A stretch of DNA of 61,157 bases, filler included, from Basidiobolus meristosporus CBS 931.73 (taxonomy: Eukaryota; Fungi; Basidiobolomycota): the NCBI GenBank assembly GCA_002104905.1. It is 3 parts of 3 records of this genome, joined end to end, with 100 filler letters (N's around TTAATTAATTAA, not from the genome) between each part and the next. Parts side by side here need not be neighbours in the genome. Positions count along the whole stretch, not along the records: positions 1 to 29,997 come from MCFE01000857.1; 2 more parts are not named here. One strand, 5' to 3'. Made by a program: the position numbers and the translations under genes. This document shows, piece by piece, positions 11,362-22,233 of the stretch. The notes under the pieces are model-generated. The model was not told the origin of the DNA, did no database searches, and worked only from the letters and a program-made list of their open reading frames with translations. How positions within the stretch are numbered: the first letter of the stretch is position 1; every line of letters begins with the position of its first letter.

Positions 11362-14125
11362 GTTGACTTATATTCCATCATATTTGGAAGCCTTTATAGG
11401 TAACTTAAATAAAGAAACACCAATGCTTTGGCACAGGAGATTTGGACACACCAATTTTGATTATTTGTGCAAAATGATCAAAGATCAGGTAATTTCTGGA
11501 GTAAAAATTGATCCCCCAGCTAATTTGGAGCACTTTGAAGCCTACATATATGGGAAACAAGCCAGATAACTGTTCAAGAGCCCCAGGTTAATCAAAACTG
11601 AGAAAAAATTAGATTTAATTCCCCCAGATCTGTGTGGACCTATGCAATATTTATCCTTAGGTGGGATGAAGTATTTAATCAACTTTATTGATGATTATAC
11701 AGCATGCACATGGGTCTACTTCATGGAGAGAAAGGGAGAAGCTCTGTCTAAGTCCAGGGAGTTTAATGCCATGGTGGAAAGAGAAACTGGTCAAAAAATC
11801 AAGAAAATACGCTTTGACAATAATGGAGAATATACCTCAAAACTCTTGATCCACTTCTGCAAGATTCATGGGATAAAGCAAAATACTACTGTACTATACT
11901 CTCCACAGCAAAATGGAGTAGCAGAATATGCTAACAGATCAATAAATGATATGGCAAGATCTATGATCCTTGATCAAAAATTATCCTATTATTTTTGGGT
12001 GGAATCAGTTGCCACTGCTGTATACCTTGAAAATAGGAGTTATAACAGAATACTTTGTAATTCTACTCCATTTGAAGCATGGTATAGGTATAGACCAAGG
12101 GCAAAACATCTAAGAATATTTTGGTATACAGCATATGCCAAGAAACTGCCTGGAAATCAGTCAAAATTTGTGCCAAAAAGTGTAAAATGCATATTTTTGG
12201 GCTACCGCAATGAGAGTAAAGCATACAGACTTGTCAATACCAAAGCAAAGTAGCTAATCAATTCAGGGATGTGTTGGATAAAAATTCAAAATTTTCACAA
12301 AAATGACATTAGATGATGACAAAAATCTGCTCTAAAGTCCACTAATTGTCAGGACTGAATCAGAGCAAAATAATGTAAATTTTTTTACTCCAGAGGACTC
12401 TATAGCTGTGGTTCAGCCTGAATCAGTCCCCAGAAATATCCCAGAAGTGATCATTCCACTATCAAATGCCTGGAGATCCAATGGGACAAGAAATAGTCCA
12501 AATTACTACATCAATGAGGGTACAAACTTAGCCTATCCCTATTCAGTCCATATTGATGAACCCAGACTGTCAAAGAGGCCCTAAATAGCCCTCAGACAAA
12601 GTTCTGGAGATCTGCAATGACTGAGTAATATCAGGCCCTGGTGGAAAATCAAACTTGGGACTAAGTCAAGTTACAAATCAACCAAAATCAATTGGATGCA
12701 GATGGGCCTTGAAGACAAAATACAAGGCTGATAGTACAATTGAAAGATGCAAAGCAAGACTTGTGCCCAAAGGATACTCTCAAACAAAAGGACTTAACTA
12801 TATGCAGACCTTTGCACTGGTAGCTAAGTCTAATTCCATCAGATTAACATTGCTATTGCAGCTAAATATAAGTTTTTTATTCATCAAATGGATGTAAAAG
12901 CTGCATTTTTGGATGGAGAACTTGATAAGGACATGTGTATGGACCAGCCTGATGAATTCGTTGACCAAGATAACTTCTATTTGATCTGCAAGCTTACAAG
13001 GTCTCTATATGGTCTTAAACAATCACCAAGAGCCTGGAATTGCAAGATAGATTCTTATTGGGAATCTATGAGCTTTGAAAGGAGTATTGCTGACCATAGT
13101 ATATATTATAAGCCAAATAGAGCAGGTCAAGTTCTATTAGCTCTATATGTGGATGAACTTCTTATAGCCACCAATCACCAAGAAACATTGGAAGAGACTA
13201 AATCCAGCCAATCTTAGGAGTTCAAGATGTCTGATCTACAAGAACTCAGTTACTACTTAGGAATTAAGTTCTCCATAGACAGAAGTGCCCTGACTATTAC
13301 CCTAAGCCAATCCAAGTATATTCAAGATATACTAAAGAAGTACAAAATGGAAGACTGTAAACCGGCAGCTACCCCAATGGAGACAAACCTTAACTTAGTC
13401 AAAACTCAACCAAATCAGGAGAGCCTGGTGCCATCTGAAAGCCCTGACTTTCCTTATCAATCTATGTTTGGCAGTTTGATGTACATCAGGCTTGGTACAT
13501 CTCCAGATATCTTGTATTTGGTGGGAGTTGTCAGCCAACATAATCAGAACTATGGATCTGATCAGATTGCAGTAGTCAAGTGGATTTTAAGATACCTGAT
13601 AGGAAATGCTGCTATCTGCCTAAGATACACTTATGTGGGTTCAGAACAGGATCTTGTGGGATACTCTGATGCTGATTGGGGACAAAATTTGAAATACAGA
13701 TGATCCTCCACAGGAATCTCCTTTCTATACTGTCAAGGAGCAATTTCATGGAATTCAAGAAAGCAACCAGCCATAGCACTGTCTGCCTCAGAGGCAGAGC
13801 ATATGGCAGCCTGTGAAGCTACAAAAGAAACAATGTGGTTAAGAAAGCTTTTTACAGATTTAGGCCTATGTAAAAAGATGCCTATTACTTTATTTCAAGA
13901 TAATCAAGGATATACACAATTAGGTAAATATCCAACTTTCATGCTAGAACTAAGCACATAGATATTAGACATCATTTCATATGTGAAGCTATAGAGAATA
14001 ACTTAGTTAGTTTAGTTTACTGACCTTCTGATGAAATGATTGCAGAGATACTTACCAAACCATTTGCTAGAAACAAGTTTGAATATCTTAGGTTAAAATT
14101 AGGACTAGTCAGTATGAACATTTAG
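11362..14125 (+). pseudogene. copia A integrase/RT/RNase H remnant
   Basis: Motifs LWHRRFGH, DNNGEY, MDVKAAFLDG, LYVDE and YSDADW, with many stops. PPT-like GAGTGGGAG lies just before the 3' LTR. Confidence 0.9.
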
Positions 14126-14485
14126 CTGAGTGGGAGCATTGTAAAATTTGCAGTTCCACCTAAATACTCACCTAACCTAGTCACTTAGATCATTACCCTC
14201 AAATCCTAGAGAATACTGACCAAATTCTTGGTTGGGATTTACTTTGAATATTTTCGCCAAAATACCAGGTACCCAGAACAGGTAAATTCTCAAAATTGTC
14301 CTAGCAGCCCCAAACTTTGCACATATGTTATTGGGACCTTCCTTAACCTATTCTACATGCTTGTAATGCCAAGATCATGTAAAAGTATAAATACTACTTT
14401 TTCATTCAATAAATCATCAAGTGAAAAGCCACATAATATACTTGTCCTCCCATTCACTTCTAATATCTCCAAGACTCTTACAAAA

Positions 14486-14978
14486 AAATGTGCTCATGGA
14501 GACACCTACTCCTATGGCATTAAGAAGCTAAGCAACCCTAATGCATGGGTAATCAGTTTAGTAATGCAAAGTTGGGTTGGGTGCAACAAGCAACTAATGT
14601 TTATTAGGAAAACTCTTCCAAGGTATGCCAGATATCTCATGGTCACAAGCCAACTTCTACACCATTCAATACTGAATTCACACAAACAAAAGCCAGAGTG
14701 CACCTATAAGGGGAATAGAATCCAGCAGGCAGAAGGAATATATTGGCTAAATACTAAGAAGTTCTTTGCAGATATTCAGAAGGTATTCATGGCAGAAGTG
14801 GTGACAACCAAACATATGATTGCAAGAAGTATATGTTACCTGCAGTACAAGGTATATGGCAACTTTGCAAGTATCACACTAAAAAGCTATAAAATGAGGT
14901 GATAAAAGTATGTCAATTGTGGCAGGCATGTGCATTTGTAGAGGTTGGTAAGCAGGAGGCCATAGTTTTTTTGACTTG
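14486..14978 (+). mobile_element. CACTA copy 1, right part (continuation after copia A)
   Basis: Matches 10878-11362 (AAATGTGC.CATGGAGACACC through CATAGTTTTTTTGACTTG). Confidence 0.85.
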
Positions 14979-15255
14979 AACTATATGTGGAATACCCAAG
15001 GTAGTAGTGGGTAAGCAAATAAAGAGGGGTGATTCTATAGTGGAATATATGAATTGCACAAGGGGAGGTAGAAGAAGGAAATACCACTTGGTAAATTGGT
15101 ATGGTAGCATTATACATAACCAGCTGTAGGCTGGCATACTGCTGATATAATGCCCTTAGAGTCTTGTGGTGAGGCAATCAAAATACCGTCAAGTTTCTTG
15201 CCATATAAGGCAACTGGATGTCCTGGCTGGTTGGATCCACTTAAAATAGCTGCAG

Positions 15256-16646
15256 AGCGCTAAAAGACTACAACAATCCCAGGCAATTATTATCACAGCA
15301 CCAATTAAATCTTGTCAAGTTTTAGCCCTTTATTTGGTTGTAAAATTAGCAAAACACTGTTATGATCCTGTCATAAGATTGTTAGGAGGGTCACTAACTC
15401 CAAGCTGCTGGTTTTATGATGGTCTCTGAATGGGATCCTGATGGCTGATCTGGATTGGATCCACCTGCGGGACCAAATTATTCTTCATATGGCTTATACA
15501 GTAGTGCATTGGCATCAACCTGGTCTTATATTAAATATATATGAAAACTACTATGATTGTTGAGTGTTTCATATATTATTCATTATGCATCTTGGATTGC
15601 ATTGACACAGATTGGATCCCAGCAATTGCAGATTTCCTATTTGATTATAAACTTGTGAGTAAAGCATCAATAAAAATGCCTAGTCATTTTTTGAAGATGA
15701 TTTTTGCAACATAATGATGGGGTAAATGGCAACTCATGAAGATTAAATCATAATGCATGGAAGACCAGATAAATAAAGCTGATTGTGCCAAATCAATTCA
15801 AATCACTTTGGCCCAAGCACCTACCAATTTCAACATGACTTACTCATCTGAATGATCTTTTCTCATCAATCCCATCAACACTACTGGATTTCCTTTTGAC
15901 ACACTAGAGGAGAAGTATACCAAGTACTGTGGACCATCTAACCCAATCTACTCAAGGAGATCCCTTGTTAAGCTTCTCTGCTATTACAAGAACTATTGCC
16001 CCACAAAGTTTCATCCCACCATCCATGGCAACAAAAGTCCTAGAAACTTTCATTCCCAGCTGACAGCAATGGAGAACCCCATTGCAGAGGGCATAAATGT
16101 CTCACAGTAAGCTTGGAATACTAGGTTCAGAAGCTTCAATAGACTTCCCATATCCCAGAGTGTTCAGTAACATGTTCCATATCAGGAGTATTTTGGATAC
16201 CTTCCCAGTCAGGAGTAACAGACCTTCTAGAGGGCAGAGGCATTTTTCTTCTGGCATGTTCAAGGCACACTGTGTGAAGTTTCAAGCACTGTCTGATATT
16301 GAGGGTAACATCATCTGGTTTAGTGGGCCATTTGCTGGAAGTAGGCATGACAAAGCACTCTGGGTAGAGAATCATCCAGAATTCAGTAGAGGGGAGAAAT
16401 GTATGCAGACTTAGCGCTAAAAGACCACAACAATACCATGCAATCATTGTCACAGCACTAATGAAATCTTATCAAGTTTTATCCCTTTAGTTGGTTGTAA
16501 AATTAGCAAAACACTGTTGTGATCCCATCATAAGATTGTTAAGAGGGTCACTAATTCCAAGCTGCTGGTATTTTGATGGTCTTCAAATGGGATCCTGACA
16601 GCTGATCCAGATTGGATCCACCCACAGGACAAAATTATTTTTCATA
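15256..16646 (+). repeat. Two ~234-bp direct repeats (15256-15489 and 16413-16646)
   Basis: Both begin AGCGCTAAAAGAC and end TTCATA; offset 1157; moderately diverged. Confidence 0.85.
15950..16412 (+). pseudogene. DDE_Tnp_4 (PIF/Harbinger/ISL2EU-type) transposase remnant
   Basis: Reads ILDTFPVRSNRP..QRHFSSGMFKAHCVKFQALSDIEGNIIWFSGPFAGSRHD, followed by a frameshifted YADLA. Confidence 0.7.
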
Positions 16647-16959
16647 GGGGGCTGATTGGGTATTGACTATTGGGAAATAATCTCAGCTTTATACTATTGA
16701 GAAAAGTTGCAAAGCTAGGGCTGTAGCAAGTCCAACAGAAGCTATGACTAGTCTAGAGTTGTTGTGTAAGCTTTTAGCTGCCAAATAGTACTAAATAGTC
16801 CAATATTTCAACAGTCTTAGACACTGCCATTTAGGTTATTGATCAGTAAGCACATTTTGAGACAGGATTGTATTCAAGGTAGTGTAACCAAGCATTGGCT
16901 TGCTTCAATGGCATTAATTTGGTGGCAGTGCATGAACAGCTTTGAAGTATATATGGCAT

Positions 16960-17275
16960 CAAATGTCTGTAATTCTATCTCAATATTCACCCAACTTAGT
17001 CACTTATATCAGTAACTACAAATCTAACTGAACTCTGACCAAATTCCCTATGGGGTGTTGTATCAAGCATTTTAACTCAAATATCTGGTGCCAAGAAAAG
17101 TCTCAATCTTTGCACACATATGCTGTGAGTCTTTGTAAATATATGTTAAGTATTTGGTATATTTAGACCACTTCAATGTATAAATACCATCTCAATATTT
17201 GGTAGCTCACCAACTAAGACTGCACAATCAGCTGGCTCTCCCATTCACCTCCAATTTCTGCCATTATTACCCCAG
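16960..17275 (+). repeat. Highly degenerate LTR related to the copia family
   Basis: Contains ATATTCACCCAACTTAGTCACTT..GACCAAATTCC, matching the family LTR. Confidence 0.55.
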
Positions 17276-17499
17276 TAGTAAGCCTTAAGCTAGGACTCTC
17301 CCAGCATAGATGTTACCAAGTATCAAGATATTATTGTTATGATCTGATGCTTGGATGTTTAAGTTAGATCAGTTTATGGTGAAATTAGTTAGCTTTATGC
17401 TTAGCATAGCAGTATATTAGCATTGTCTACTAAGTCAGCGGTATTAGTCAGCAGTTGAGTCAGCTGATCCTTATTGGACAGAAATAGATATATTAGGTC

Positions 17500-20470
17500 C
17501 ATCCAGGAATACTTTAGGCAAGAAGTAGTAGTAAATCCTCATAGCCCCCATTACTGATATTAGTGGAAGCATGGCACTTCCCTAGCCACAACATTACATC
17601 ACTCACCAGTAGATGGATTACAGGGCTGACTTGGCTACATAAAGCATCCTTGGCATTTGTTTTAATGGGTGCTGTGTCATTGCATATTGGGATTTGACCA
17701 GGCTCATGCATGGTACTGCTGTTAGAGGAGATAGGCTCACAATCCATCAGTGAGCCTTATTTGTCAGAGCTATCACTCTGCATGCCATATTCAGAAGGCT
17801 GAGGTGAGCCTGAAGGTGTCACAAACTCATCTGACTCAGATTGAGCAAGGTTACAAAGACAGCCAGGTGCCTATATAGAAGTATCAGCTTGCTGGCAAGA
17901 TAATGTTGGTACAATTGTGACTGATGAATGGTCAAATATGACTTGTGTGGCAAAACACTGGCCATGATCCTTGTAATACTTCCACTGCTGTCTGCATGCT
18001 TCATGGCTGAAAAGCTTGCTACAATAGCCACATGGTCTTTTCTCTCTTCTCTCACAGTGTTGAACCAAAGTTGTCTTGTCCATGGGGCAAACAGTTTGAC
18101 CTTCAGTAATATAAGGCTATTGTATCACTTTTTGGTCAAGGCTCATGTTAACTTAAGACAGTCTTGTATTTGAGATATTGCACCTACATAAATATAAGAT
18201 CCAATGATGACCCACCATAGTAAGCAGTATAAATAAAGTTGTGGCACCACATACATGCACATATGTAACACAATTTCCCCTTTGGTATGATTCACTTCCA
18301 TATATTTGCTGCCAAAAAATAAAGCAAAGTTGTCTGGTTCTCAACTAAGCCCCACTGCTAATGGCAACAGAAGTATGCTTTGACAACAGCTTGCTTTGAC
18401 ATTCAGTGCAACAAGCGGGTCTACATTCAAAAAAGGCCATGTTGACAGTGTGCCCACTGAAGGTAGTAATGCAGACTTCTCAGGCTCTTAGTCAAGTAGG
18501 CAATTGAGAACCTCTGTGCAGCTGCAAGCTGACTGTTATGCTCAGGCCTATGAGAGTGTAGCAAGCACAGTACCTTCAGTTGAAGACCAGCAAGTGGCTG
18601 TCATAACATCACCACCACCCAAAATAGCAAGTATGTTGTCAGCTCATACCAAAGCATAAATAAAGCAATTAGGTGCAGTGGCTGATAGGATAGATGCAAT
18701 GGCCCAGAGAAATCAGGAAATAGTCTAGAAATAGGATGAGTAGATAATATGTGTGGAGCAATCAATATCCCAGGTAGAGAAATCAGTATCTTTGCTGCAA
18801 AGAAGGAACTCAAGTAGCTCAATGTTGCAGCCAAGAATTGAGCCATTTCCTGATGCCACAGCAGAGGAACACTGTACAGTCTTTGAAGCACAACAACAGT
18901 GCCCAAAGATAAAGCCCACAGAAAAACCTATCACAGTGTGGGAGGGAGACAATGTGGTGTTTATACCAAAGCCTAAAAATCAAAAGCCACTGAGTGCAAT
19001 AATGAAGAGTGGGCTAATATCCAAGAGGCTGTCAGAAGTCTAGCATGCCATCACCTCATGGCTGGCATACTATGGGACCATCAGGAACTCAAGGCCAAGC
19101 AGCAGACACATGACTTGTTCCATGAGCATTTTCCTGCATTCAAACAGGCAAAGAGATTTTGGGCCAGCATGGGTGTGCTAAGAAAGTATTTCAAGAATAG
19201 CAGAAACTATCAAAGGCAGAAGAATAAGGGTACCATGGCTAAAAGTCAGCGGCTTCCTCAAGAGCCCATTAAAAGCAGGGCCAAAAGCTCCAAGCAAGTG
19301 TCAAAGAGATGTCAGGTAGCTGGAAGAGTACCAATAAGGGACAAGCAGGCAGACACAGATGCACCAGCACAACATTTATCAAGGAAAAAGGGTAGTACTA
19401 CTCAAGAAGCACTCAGTCAAAGTAGCAGTGAAGAACCTGGCAGTGATAAAAGCCAGCGGCTTTCTTAGGTGCCCAACACAACTATGGCTGAGAGCTCAAA
19501 ACAAGCGGTAAAGAATTGTCAAGCTGCCAGGCAAGTACCAGCAAGGGACAAGCAGGCCAAAATAGATGCATCAGAGCAGCATTTATCAAGGAGAAACATA
19601 GTTCAATATAAGAGGCACTCAGACAAAGTAGCAGTGAAAGACCTGGCTGTGATAAAGGAAAAGGTTAAGGGAAAATGTCTACCCAAGCCTGAGACAGGGA
19701 AGCATACAAAAAAAACTGCAGTTTTTGTTGTAAGAGTCTTGGAGATATTGGAAGTGATTGGGAGGACAAGTAGATTATGTGGTTTTCACTTAATGATTTA
19801 TTGAATGTAAAAGTAGTATTTATACTTTTACCTGATCTTGGCACTACAAACATGTAGAATAGGTTAAGGAAGGTCCCAAGAGCATGTGTGCAAAGTGTGG
19901 GGCTGTTTGGACAACTTTGAGAATTTTCATGTTCTGGGTACCTGGTATTTTGGTGAAGATATTCTAAGTAAATCCCAACAAGGAATTTGGTCAATATTCT
20001 CTAGGATTTGAAGGTAATGATCTAAGTGACTAAGTTAGGTGAATATTTAGGTGGAAATACAAATTTTTACAACAGTTTTTGCCAATTAATGCCATTTGCC
20101 CAAAATAGACTTAATCCTATTATAGCCAAGAAAAATTACCAACAAGAAAACAGCTGTTCTCACAAGAGTTGGAAGCGCAGGCAGTTGAGCTACACTCCAA
20201 CAAGGTAGATGAGTTTGCAGAGAAAGACAATTTATCTATCACAGGCTCCATATCCTCCATTGTTGACAGAGTGAAGATCCCACTGACAGACAAGGCTACA
20301 ACATCAAGAACTTGAAAGACTATCACAATGCATTCAGTGGAATTTTGGAGCATTAATAGGCACACCAAGAGGTTGCAGCACTTCTTTAAGAGCAGTGCTC
20401 AAGAAAATGCACTTGAATATTGCAAGGATTTATTGCAAAAACTGGTGATGCGGTGCAAGACCTTGTAGTG
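17500..20470 (-). mobile_element. CACTA-like element copy 3 (internal fragment, inverted)
   Basis: Reverse-complement homology to ~5925-8550. Confidence 0.8.
19726..20074 (-). mobile_element. copia solo LTR (349 bp) in CACTA copy 3
   Basis: TGTTGTAAG...TTTACAACA, with TSD GTTTT at 19721-19725 and 20075-20079. Confidence 0.9.
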
Positions 20471-20475
20471 GTTAT

Positions 20476-22233
20476 AATTTATAAGTCACCTAGTACATGC
20501 CACATAATCTACATGCCCTACCAATTATTGTTGTAAAAGTTTGAAATTCCACCTAGATATTCACCCAACTTAGTCACTGAGATCATTGCCTTCAAATCCT
20601 AGAGAATACTAGCCAGATTCCTTGTTGGGATATACTTGGAATATTTTCACCAAAATACTAGGCACCCACAACATGAAAATTCTCAAAAGTTGTCCAAACA
20701 GCCCCAAACTTTGCTCACATGCTCTCGGGACCTTCCTTAACCTATTCTACATGCTTGTTATGCCAAGACCATGTAAAAGTAGTATTTATACTATTACATG
20801 GTCTTGGCATTACAGACACATAGAATAGTATTCTCTAGGATCTGAAGGTAATGATCTAAGTGACTAAGTTGGGTGAGTATTTAGGTGGAATTACAAATTT
20901 TTACAACAGTAATTGGTAAGGCAAGTAGATTATGTGGCATGCACTTGGTGACTTATAAAGTGCACAAGTGGCATTTATATTTTTACTTGGTCTTGCAAAA
21001 TAAGCACATATATTACATTTGGATAGGGCCCAAGAGCATGTGTGCAAGGTTTGGGGCTGTTTGGACAGCTTAGAATATTTCCACCTAAACATCAGGTACC
21101 CACAACATATGTATTGACAGATTAAATCCAAACAAGGAATATGGTTGGTATTCTCTAAAATCTGTAGGTAACAATATGTTGTAAAAATTTGCAATTCCAT
21201 CAAAGTATTCACCTAACTTAGTCACTTAAATCATTACCTTCAAATCCTAGATAATACTGACCAAATTCCTTGTTGGGATTCACTTGAAATATTTTCACCA
21301 AAATACCAGGTACCCAGAACATGAAAATTGTCAAAGTTGCCCAAACAGCCCCAAACATTGCACACATGTTCTTGGGACCTTTCTTAACCTATTATACGTG
21401 CTTGTAATTCCAAGATCATGTAAAAGTATAGATACTGCTTTTGCATTCAGTAAATCATTAAGCAAAAACCACATAATCTACCTGTCCTCCCAATCACTTC
21501 CAATATCTCCAAGACTTTTACAACATGATCTAGGTCAATAAGTTAGGTGAGTAACTAGGTGGAAATAAGAGCTTCTAAAACAGGGAAAGCTGATTTAGGG
21601 TTATGACCTATCAAAGAGTAAGCAATAATTTTTTAAAATCTACTTGTCTTAAAGTAGCTAATGAGGAATAAACTATTGATATTACACTTATTGAATATAC
21701 TAAAGGAGTAAATAACTGAGAAGCATCTGGAAATATTTCTATTGAATATCTTAAAAACCCATAACCTGCTAATTTTAGTAAAATCCCTGCTAATATTACT
21801 GAACCTGATACATTTGCTTCAGCATGAGCTTCAGGTAACCAAATATGAACAGGAATCATTGGAGTTTTAACTGCAAATGATAGGAATAACCCTAACCATA
21901 AGAAATTTTGTCTTGATGAACTAAATTCCGTTAATGCTAGTAATTGATAATCTAATTTTCATGTTCTAGGTAAATATTCTAAGTAAATCCCGACAAGGAA
22001 TTTGGTCAGTATTCTCCAAGATTTGTAGGTAATGATCCAAGTGACTAAGTTAGGTGAATATTTAGATGGAATTACTCAGAATATTTTCCTCAAAGCATCA
22101 GGTACCAAGAACATGAAAAGTTGATAGGTACATCCCAACAATGAACTCGAACAAAATTCTTGAAGGTTTGTAGACCATTATCTAAGTGACTAAGTTAGGT
22201 GGATATTTAGGTGTAATCACGGAATTTACAACA
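20476..22233. repeat. Pile of copia LTRs and LTR fragments in both orientations, including a complete + strand LTR at 21177-21525
   Basis: Repeated family LTR motifs (CACCTAACTTAGTCACTTAGATC, GACCAAATTCCTTGTTGGG, CCAAACAGCCCCAAAC) on both strands. Confidence 0.85.
21601..21952 (-). pseudogene. nad4: Nuclear mitochondrial insertion (NUMT) of NADH dehydrogenase subunit 4
   Basis: Reads DYQLLALTEFSSSRQNFLWLGLFLSFAVKTPMIPVHIWLPEAHAEANVSGSVILAGILLKLAGYGFLRYS...LRQVDFKK, then a 1-nt homopolymer loss before IIAYS-IGH. AT-rich mitochondrial codon usage; flanked by nuclear LTR pieces. Confidence 0.92.

Larger units (their letters stand above)
5448..11362 (+). mobile_element. CACTA/EnSpm-like element copy 2 (~5.9 kb, two divergent ORF regions)
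   Basis: Starts CACTGAAAAAC at 5448; the same terminus appears as CTCTAAAAAC at 39543. Contains a tnp2-like transposase remnant. The right end is not clearly identifiable and no TSD is seen. Confidence 0.7.
4043..14485 (+). mobile_element. Ty1/copia LTR retrotransposon copy A (degraded, interrupted by CACTA copy 2)
   Basis: 5' LTR 4043-4391 and 3' LTR 14137-14485 (349 bp each). 5-bp TSD AAATG at 4038-4042 and 14486-14490. The host CACTA sequence resumes after 14490. Confidence 0.9.

Noticed and set aside
21611-21859. nad4 ORF as a functional gene, or the window as mitochondrial DNA
   Set aside because: It is a partial, frameshifted fragment flanked by nuclear LTRs.
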